A DNA stretch of 32,000 nucleotides, from the NCBI RefSeq assembly GCF_017876815.1, contig NZ_JAGIOS010000002.1, forward strand, positions 1,080,001-1,112,000, in the 5' to 3' direction. Shown here one piece after another: positions 1 through 6,381 of this stretch (its first letter is position 1; the number at the start of each line of letters is the position of its first letter). Position numbers and translations under genes: made by a program. Source of the stretch: Sinorhizobium meliloti (lineage in GTDB: Bacteria > Pseudomonadota > Alphaproteobacteria > Rhizobiales > Rhizobiaceae). The notes beneath the pieces were generated by a model. That model saw nothing but the letters and a program-made list of their open reading frames with translations, was not told where the DNA came from and searched no databases.

Positions 1-1
1 G

Positions 2-604
2 CCGGACTGGTGGGCGCCGAGCTATGACGAGGCGGAGGTCTTCTTCGCCGGTATGGCGGCAACTGCGCCCGGCACTCCGATGATCCTCTATAACCCGCCT
101 CATGCCAAGCGCCGGCTGAACCTTGACGAGATCGCAAGGCTAAAGGCCCGTCTCCCTATGCTCATCGGGGCCAAACTGCCGGGCGGCGACGAAGTCTGGT
201 ACGGGGAGCTTCGTCGCAAGCTGCCGGATCTCGCCGTCTTCATTCCCGGACATTTCATGGCGAGCGGCTGCCTCGGGGGCGGCCGCGGCTCCTATTCCAA
301 TGTCGCCTGCCTGAGCCCCGCCGGGGCCGTCAGGTGGTGGCATCAGCTTCGGGAGGATCCGGCAGGCGCTCTTGCCTTCGAGGCCCGCGTCGTCGGCTTC
401 ATGAACGAGCATGTCCTGCCGCTTGCTGTGCGCCATGGCCTGTCCAACGCCGCGCTCGACAAGGCGATGGCTGCAGCCGGCCGCTGGTGCCCAATCGGGC
501 CGGGATTGCTCTGGCCCTATAGGTCCGCCCCCGGTGAAGCGGTGATCGAGCTTGGCACCGCTGCCCGCCGCCAACTGCCCGAGCTTTTTTCCACGAGCCA
601 GTGA
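2..604 (+). CDS. DHDPS / N-acetylneuraminate lyase family class I aldolase, 5-prime end outside window
   Basis: The reading frame is open from the window edge and the track ORF 53..604 is in the same frame. The translation ...AEVFFAGMAATAPGTPMILYNPPHAKRRL...MLIGAKLPGGD... looks like the C-terminal two thirds of DapA/NAL-type aldolases (YNxP strand, GxK lysine). Stop TGA at 602-604. Confidence 0.7.
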   Translation, partial: PDWWAPSYDEAEVFFAGMAATAPGTPMILYNPPHAKRRLNLDEIARLKARLPMLIGAKLPGGDEVWYGELRRKLPDLAVFIPGHFMASGCLGGGRGSYSNVACLSPAGAVRWWHQLREDPAGALAFEARVVGFMNEHVLPLAVRHGLSNAALDKAMAAAGRWCPIGPGLLWPYRSAPGEAVIELGTAARRQLPELFSTSQ

Positions 605-617
605 AAGCGATCATAAG

Positions 618-1517
618 ATGAAACTCGAAGGGATCTATTCGGCCCTCCTTACTCCGTTCTCCGAAGACGAAAGCATTGACCGGCAGGCCATCGGGGCGCT
701 CGTCGATTTCCAGGTCCGTCTCGGCATCGATGGGGTCTATGTCGGCGGCAGCTCGGGCGAAGCGATGTTGCAGTCGCTCGACGAGCGCGCGGACTACCTC
801 TCCGACGTTGCGGCCGCCGCGTCCGGCCGCCTGACGCTGATCGCTCATGTCGGCACGATCGCGACGAGAGATGCGCTCAGGCTTTCGCAGCATGCGGCCA
901 AATCGGGTTACCAGGCGATCTCGGCGATCCCGCCCTTCTACTACGACTTCTCCCGGCCCGAAGTCATGGCGCATTATCGGGAGCTCGCCGATGCTTCGGC
1001 CCTGCCTCTCATCGTCTATAACTTCCCCGCCCGCACCAGCGGCTTCACCTTGCCCGAACTGGTCGAGCTTCTCTCGCATCCCAACATCATCGGCATCAAG
1101 CATACGTCGAGCGACATGTTCCAGCTCGAACGCATCCGGCATGCAGTACCCGACGCCATCGTATACAACGGTTATGATGAAATGTGCCTGGCTGGTTTCG
1201 CGATGGGCGCACAGGGTGCGATAGGCACGACATATAATTTCATGGGCGATCTGTTCGTCGCGCTCAGGGACTGCGCAGCGGCCGGGCGGATCGAGGAGGC
1301 CCGGCGGCTGCAGGCCATGGCGAACCGCGTGATCCAGGTGCTGATCAAGGTCGGCGTCATGCCGGGGTCCAAGGCGCTGCTCGGCATCATGGGCCTTCCC
1401 GGAGGCCCCTCCAGACGCCCCTTCCGGAAGGTCGAAGAGGCGGATCTCGCAGCCCTTCGCGAAGCCGTGGCGCCGGTCCTCGCGTGGCGCGAGAGCACTT
1501 CCAGAAAAAGCATGTAA
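618..1517 (+). CDS. DHDPS / N-acetylneuraminate lyase family aldolase (second, tandem paralog)
   Basis: ATG at 618 gives MKLEGIYSALLTPF..., the usual N-terminus of this family; the track start at 552 would overlap the upstream gene. Motifs present: GVYVGGSSGE, IVYNFP and the Schiff-base lysine context IIGIKHTSSD. The last 8 codons and the TAA stop lie inside repeat copy A. Confidence 0.88.
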   Translation: MKLEGIYSALLTPFSEDESIDRQAIGALVDFQVRLGIDGVYVGGSSGEAMLQSLDERADYLSDVAAAASGRLTLIAHVGTIATRDALRLSQHAAKSGYQAISAIPPFYYDFSRPEVMAHYRELADASALPLIVYNFPARTSGFTLPELVELLSHPNIIGIKHTSSDMFQLERIRHAVPDAIVYNGYDEMCLAGFAMGAQGAIGTTYNFMGDLFVALRDCAAAGRIEEARRLQAMANRVIQVLIKVGVMPGSKALLGIMGLPGGPSRRPFRKVEEADLAALREAVAPVLAWRESTSRKSM

Positions 1518-1603
1518 CGGTTTTCCGTCCGGAAGTGCGCCATTTCAAGAGGTTAGAGCGTTGAGTATCTTGATGAAACACTAAAACGCTCTAACTCCGC
1601 GCG
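1492..1603 (+). repeat. Bipartite-hairpin intergenic repeat, copy A (RIME-like)
   Basis: About three quarters identical by hand alignment to the reverse complement of 28355..28466. Hairpin I is GCACTTCC (1495-1502) pairing with GGAAGTGC (1531-1538). Hairpin II is GTTAGAGCGTT (1552-1562) pairing with AACGCTCTAAC (1585-1595). Confidence 0.8.
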
Positions 1604-1853
1604 GGTACCCGACTGCAATGGAATTGTCGCCACCCAAAGGCCGCAATCATGTGCAGTGTATGAGCGACCGTTCGCGTCCTTCTTCGTAGCCATACCTCCT
1701 TACGCCAAGCACCCGGTTCCTTGTCAACGGCGAGTTGGAACGCACGCGTCGCCGCAGCATGCACTCCGCAGGCAATGCGGCGGACACGGAGTTTTGAGTG
1801 GACGGGTGGGGTTGGTCCAATAAAGATGCGCGTGAAGACTGTCGAGGCTCGTG

Positions 1854-3767
1854 ATGGAACGTAAACTCGCAGCAATCGTCGCTGGCGACATCGTCGGCTA
1901 TACCCGTCTGATGTCCGAGGATGAATCCTCGACCTATGCCGCCCTGCGGGCGACTTTCAGCGGACTGATCATACCTTCGGTCGAGAAGCACGGCGGCCGC
2001 ACCTTCAAGACGACAGGGGACGGTTTTCTCGCGACGTTTCCGAGTGTCAACGAGGCGCTCGATGCCGCGATCGAAATCCAGAACGGATTTTCCGAGCAGC
2101 CCTTCGACATGCGCCTCGGCATCAACCTCGGCGACGTCATAGAAGCCGACGGCGACATGTTCGGCGACGGCGTGAACGTCGCGTCGCGGCTCGAAGCCAT
2201 GGCCGAGCCGGGCGGCATTTTCGTGAGCGAGGCGGTGGTCCGCAGCGCCGACCGGAACCGCAGCAAGCTCTTCTACAGCATCGGCCGGAGGCACGCGAAG
2301 AACATTCCCGAGCCGTTCGCCGTCTACGCGGTGCGGCTCGATGCGGACGAAAAGAACCGTCGCGGCTGGCTTGGGCGGATCGCTCGTGGCCGGCGCGCGG
2401 CCTTGCCCTACGCCATCGGGGCCGCGGCACTCGTCCTCGCCGCTGCCGCAACGCAGGCGCCGGAGGTAAGAGCCGTCGGCGCCGACCTGGCCGGCAGCCT
2501 CGCGCGCCTGGCGGGCGGCGAGCTCGCCGATGCAAGGCCGACGGTTGCGGTGCTGCCCTTCGACAATATGAGCGGCGACGCCGAGCAGAGCTATTTCGCC
2601 GACGGGCTTACCGAGGATATAATCGCCAGTCTGGCGCGAAACCCCGAGCTTCAGGTGATTGCCCGCAATTCGACCTTCGCCCTGCGCGGTCAGGCAGAAG
2701 ACATCCGCCTCATCGGCGAAAGGCTGGGTGCCGGCTATGTGGTCGAAGGCAGTGCCCGGCGCGCCGGGGACCAGCTTCGCGTGGTGGCGCAGCTGATCGA
2801 TGCGCGCAGCGGTGCGCATCTCTGGTCGCGCAGTTACGACCGCCGGGTCGAGGACATATTTGCGGTCCAGACGGACCTCACGGCCGAAATCGTCTCGCAT
2901 CTCGTTTCCTATGTGCGCGAGTCGGAAGTATCGAATGCGGCGGAACGGCCGACAGAGAACCTCCAGGCCTACGACCTCGTCCTCCAGGCCCGTGACCGCT
3001 ACAAGCACGGGTCGAAAGATGCGGAGGCGCTGATCGCTGCCCGCGCGCTGCTTCATCGTGCCCTCGAGCTCGACCCCGGTTACGCCGCGGCGCGGGCGAA
3101 TCTGGGGATGACCTACATCGTCGACTTCGTACAGAACCTCAGCGGCAGGGCGACGACGACCGACGCGGAAACCGGTCTCAGTGAGGCCCGCCAGGCAGTC
3201 CGCCTCGATCCAAATCTCGCTGCCGGCTACCAGGTCCTCAGCTTCGGCCTTTCGGCAACCGGCGACTATCCCGGCGCCATGCAGGCGGCACAAAGGGCCG
3301 TCGAACTCAATCCGAACGACCCGGACAGCCTGATGGCGCTGGCAAAGGCGCAGGTCCGGTTCGGCAGCTATGACGAGGCGGTGCAAAACGCCGAGCGGGC
3401 TCGCCGGCTGCATCCCATGGCGCCGGAATATTATACCTATGTCTACGGGCAGGCGCTCTATGCTGCCGGTCGTCTCGATGAGGCGGACGAGGTCTTGCGG
3501 GAATGCCTCATTCGTGCGCCGCAGGAGGCGGATTGCCTGCTGATACGGACGGCGGTTCTGAGCCAGCGGGGAGACGTTGAGGGAGCTCAGCGCACAATGG
3601 CGCGCCTGACCGAAGTGGACCCCGAATTTTCGCTCGCAAGCGAGCGCTCCATGCGCCGCTTCGGCGACTCCGCGCTGATGGAGCAATTCCTCTCCCGGCT
3701 CGCCGAAGCAAATGCCCCGGACGTAACGAGCGGTTTCCTTCACCCGCGCACGCAATCCCGGACCTAG
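1854..3767 (+). CDS. Class III adenylate/guanylate cyclase with single TM segment, TolB-N-like module and C-terminal TPR repeats
   Basis: ATG at 1854 is preceded by GAGG with a 6-nt spacer. The N-terminus MERKLAAIVAGDIVGYTRLM, FKTTGDGFLATF and GDGVNVASRLE are cyclase-homology-domain motifs. A hydrophobic stretch ALPYAIGAAALVLAAAA follows, then VAVLPFDNMSGDAEQSYFADGLTEDII and TPR-like repeats to the end. Confidence 0.9.
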   Translation: MERKLAAIVAGDIVGYTRLMSEDESSTYAALRATFSGLIIPSVEKHGGRTFKTTGDGFLATFPSVNEALDAAIEIQNGFSEQPFDMRLGINLGDVIEADGDMFGDGVNVASRLEAMAEPGGIFVSEAVVRSADRNRSKLFYSIGRRHAKNIPEPFAVYAVRLDADEKNRRGWLGRIARGRRAALPYAIGAAALVLAAAATQAPEVRAVGADLAGSLARLAGGELADARPTVAVLPFDNMSGDAEQSYFADGLTEDIIASLARNPELQVIARNSTFALRGQAEDIRLIGERLGAGYVVEGSARRAGDQLRVVAQLIDARSGAHLWSRSYDRRVEDIFAVQTDLTAEIVSHLVSYVRESEVSNAAERPTENLQAYDLVLQARDRYKHGSKDAEALIAARALLHRALELDPGYAAARANLGMTYIVDFVQNLSGRATTTDAETGLSEARQAVRLDPNLAAGYQVLSFGLSATGDYPGAMQAAQRAVELNPNDPDSLMALAKAQVRFGSYDEAVQNAERARRLHPMAPEYYTYVYGQALYAAGRLDEADEVLRECLIRAPQEADCLLIRTAVLSQRGDVEGAQRTMARLTEVDPEFSLASERSMRRFGDSALMEQFLSRLAEANAPDVTSGFLHPRTQSRT

Positions 3768-4897
3768 TTGGCGGGTCTCAAGCGCAGAATCCTGCCGGAT
3801 GCGGCGTCGATCAGCGCGAGCACCGAGCCATCGGAAGCCTGGAGGAGATCGCGAATCCGTGCCTCGAGCGAAAGAACTTCCTCGCCGGTCACCTTCTGGC
3901 CGTCCGTCTGCACTCTGACGATACCGCCTGCCGACAGGCCGCCGATCAGGAGGTCGCCCCGCCAGTCCGCAAACAGGTCGCCCGTATAGAACATCATTCC
4001 CGAGGGTGAGATCACGGGCGTCCAGCTATGGATGGAGCCTGCGAATTCGGGCCGGCTCGGCGGATCGGGAATTCGTTCGCCCGTATAATGTCTGCCCCAG
4101 CTCACCGCCGGCCAGCCATAGTTTTTGCCGGCCTCGGGTATGTTCAACTCGTCTCCCCCCATCGGTCCCATCTCTGCCGTCCAAAGCACGTCGGTTTCCG
4201 GATGGATGGCGGCGCTCTGCACGTTGCGTTGGCCGTAGGACCAAATCTCGTCGGCGCCCTCGCGGCCGACGAAGGGGTTGTCGTCCGGTATCGAGCCATC
4301 GGGATTGAGGCGGACGATCGTGCCGAGATGGTTGGCCGGATCCTGGGCCTCCTGCATGTCGAAGCGTTCGCCGAGCGTGATGAATAGTTTGCCGTCCGGC
4401 GCAAAGGCCAACCTCGAGCCGAAATGATTCTCGCCTGAAGCCGCCGGCTCCTGCCGGAAGATTATCTTGAAATCGGAAAGCGCGGTGGCGTCGTCGTTCA
4501 GCCGGCCACGGCCGACCGAGGTGGCCGCGCCGCCTTCGCGTTCCTCGGCAAAGGAAAGATAGACAGTCCTGTTCGTCGCGAAATCCGGATCGAGTGCAAC
4601 ATCGAGAAGCCCACCCTGACCCTGGGCGAAGACATCCGGGACCCCTTCGATCGGTTCGCCGACGGCTCCCTCGGCCGAAACAAGGCGCAGCCTGCCGGGA
4701 CGCTCCGTCACCAGCATGTCGCCATCCGGCAGAAGGGCAGCGCCCCAGGGATGCTCGAGGCCGCCCGCGAAGACTTCGACGCTGACCGGCCCGCTTTCGG
4801 TGTCGAGCATACGCGGCGAATCCTGCGCAGTCGCGGTCTCGTGCCGCGCAACGGCCACCGCCGCCGCCAATGCCAGGAAAACAGCTGCTCGCATCAT
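3764..4897 (-). CDS. Soluble PQQ-dependent sugar (glucose/sorbosone) dehydrogenase, secreted
   Basis: ATG at 4897 is preceded by GGAGG with a 5-nt spacer. The signal peptide is MMRAAVFLALAAAVAVA. Beta-propeller motifs present: HPWGAALLPDGDMLVTERPGRLRLV, QGGLLDVALDPDF, HFGSRLAFAPDGKLF, SYGQRNVQ. The track start at 4927 adds 10 residues before the signal peptide. Confidence 0.9.
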   Translation of the reverse strand: MMRAAVFLALAAAVAVARHETATAQDSPRMLDTESGPVSVEVFAGGLEHPWGAALLPDGDMLVTERPGRLRLVSAEGAVGEPIEGVPDVFAQGQGGLLDVALDPDFATNRTVYLSFAEEREGGAATSVGRGRLNDDATALSDFKIIFRQEPAASGENHFGSRLAFAPDGKLFITLGERFDMQEAQDPANHLGTIVRLNPDGSIPDDNPFVGREGADEIWSYGQRNVQSAAIHPETDVLWTAEMGPMGGDELNIPEAGKNYGWPAVSWGRHYTGERIPDPPSRPEFAGSIHSWTPVISPSGMMFYTGDLFADWRGDLLIGGLSAGGIVRVQTDGQKVTGEEVLSLEARIRDLLQASDGSVLALIDAASGRILRLRPAN

Positions 4898-5028
4898 GGC
4901 CGCCTCCGTTCGTTTCACGAACCGCACTGTTCACTCGGCCCCTAATGGGGAAGCCGGGCCAAGGTTCCCGGCAGTGCTGCAGGCCGCGTTCACATGTTGC
5001 TGCCGCCGGGAGGGAACGCCTGTCACGG

Positions 5029-5190
5029 TCAGAACACGGCAAGATACCGCAGCAGCGACAGGATGCCGATAATGATGACGATGACCTGGACAATCTGTTT
5101 GGTGCGCCCGTCGAGGGGAAGGCGATTGACGAGATAGAGAACCAGTATGACGACGAGAAAGGTGATCAGGATGCTGATCAATACCGACAT
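5029..5190 (-). CDS. 53-aa two-helix hydrophobic membrane protein (Thivi_2564-like small membrane protein family)
   Basis: Hand translation of the minus strand gives MSVLISILITFLVVILVLYLVNRLPLDGRTKQIVQVIVIIIGILSLLRYLAVF then TGA. It falls below the 60-aa cutoff of the ORF track. A GAGG lies 8 nt upstream of the ATG. The pattern of two hydrophobic helices around a PxDG(R/K) turn matches a family I recognise. Confidence 0.6.
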   Translation of the reverse strand: MSVLISILITFLVVILVLYLVNRLPLDGRTKQIVQVIVIIIGILSLLRYLAVF

Positions 5191-5386
5191 GTTATCTGCC
5201 TCGTTCGTTGAAAAGTGCTGCCTTCTATTTCAACTATGGGAGGCAAAGCAAAAGGCAAGTGGAGGGCTTTGGTGTTCGCTTAACTCTCTTCACCGAAGAT
5301 TGTGGCGGGGGTCTGGATTCGAGCCGTATCCGCACCGATATTAACTCATCATCAACAAAGCCGCTTTGATTAGAGGGTCAAAGGAA

Positions 5387-5614
5387 ATGTCGGTGCGCTT
5401 CTCGGATCTCGCCATTGACGACGACGAAATCTTGATGTTGCGACGTGTTCACGTTTATGCCTGCTCCTCCAGGGAGCTGGAGCCGGAAAGCGAACACGGT
5501 GCGGAGTTGGGCAAGATGCTGTTCCATCTTTACCGGCAGGGCGTGAGGAGTGAACTCGCGCTGATGCAGATGTTGACGGCGGGTGAGGCCCCGCCGGCGC
5601 CGGAAGCGGGTTAG
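5387..5614 (+). CDS. Small hypothetical protein (75 aa from ATG 5387; the track uses TTG 5366)
   Basis: The ORF has GC-rich third codon positions and AGAGGG 9 nt upstream of the ATG. I recognise no motif. The TAG stop is the first triplet of repeat copy C. Confidence 0.4.
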   Translation: MSVRFSDLAIDDDEILMLRRVHVYACSSRELEPESEHGAELGKMLFHLYRQGVRSELALMQMLTAGEAPPAPEAG

Positions 5615-5667
5615 AGCACTTCCCGGAAAACCGTGTAATGAAGCAGTGAGGCGCTCTAGCCCTCGCG
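5612..5667 (+). repeat. Truncated copy C of the bipartite repeat (hairpin I region plus terminal GCTCTAGC..CTCGCG, hairpin II missing)
   Basis: TAGAGCACTTCCCGGAAAACCGTGTAATGAAGCAGTGAGGCGCTCTAGCCCTCGCG aligns to both ends of copies A and B but lacks the central roughly 50 nt. Confidence 0.6.
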
Positions 5668-6303
5668 CAGGGTTTGGGCCATGGCACGAATGATCAGGAC
5701 GGCCGAGGCGGCGCCGGGATCCATGTGACCGAGCGAGCGCTCTCCGACCCGGGCCGCACGGCCTTTCGTCGCCACCATGGAACGCGTAGCGCTGGCGCCG
5801 TTCTCGGCGGCTGCGGTCACATCCGCCCAGAAGGCGGCGGTGGACTTGGCGGCTGCGACCGCCTGCGCCGCTGCGTCGGCGGCGGGAAGCCAGACATCGA
5901 GCATCGTCTTGTCGCCGCGCTGCCCTTTGCCGCGCTCGCCTATGCCGGCGGCAACCGCCTGGATGAGGAGAGAGCAAGCCTCGATGTCCAATGTGTCGCG
6001 TCCTTCCAGGGCCTGGGCCGCACGGCGGAAGGCGGTGGCGTAAAGCGGTCCTGTCGAAGCTCCGACGGCATTCAGGAAGGCGCTTGCCGCCGCGGTCATG
6101 ACGCCGCTCAGCCCGGCGCTGCCTGCATCCGTCCTTGCAAGTTCGCCGGTCACGGCTGAAAAGCCGATCGCCATGGTGATCCCGTGATCGGCATCGCCGA
6201 TCGCGCCGTCAAGTTCGGACAGGTGGTCTCTCTCCGCCTCGATGGCACTGGAGATCGCCTCGAACACTTCGATCAAGCGGCGCACCGCGCTTTCCGACAT
6301 CAT
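5656..6303 (-). CDS. dhaL: Dihydroxyacetone kinase subunit L (DhaL domain), copy 1
   Basis: The nucleotide/Mg-binding motif LDGAIGDADHG and an all-helical DhaL-like sequence run through to ...GERSLGHMDPGA. GGAGG lies upstream, and the second ATG at 6300 has the better spacing. Confidence 0.88.
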   Translation of the reverse strand: MMSESAVRRLIEVFEAISSAIEAERDHLSELDGAIGDADHGITMAIGFSAVTGELARTDAGSAGLSGVMTAAASAFLNAVGASTGPLYATAFRRAAQALEGRDTLDIEACSLLIQAVAAGIGERGKGQRGDKTMLDVWLPAADAAAQAVAAAKSTAAFWADVTAAAENGASATRSMVATKGRAARVGERSLGHMDPGAASAVLIIRAMAQTLREG

Positions 6304-6381
6304 TTTCCTCCCGCGGCCTTCGGGTGGATCCGCAGCACCGGCCAGGGCTTCCGCCGATTCCAGCTGATCTCCAGGCCAGTT

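Noticed and set aside
1647-3755. A 702-aa ORF on the minus strand, longer than the cyclase gene it overlaps
   Set aside because: It lies exactly antisense to a CDS with unmistakable class III cyclase and TPR motifs, and its translation is Arg/Ala/Gly-rich with no recognisable domain. It is a typical stop-poor antisense frame in high-GC DNA.
4026-5093. A 355-aa minus-strand ORF overlapping the PQQ dehydrogenase gene in another frame
   Set aside because: It is out of frame with a CDS showing clear beta-propeller motifs, and its product is extremely Arg/Gly/Pro-rich.
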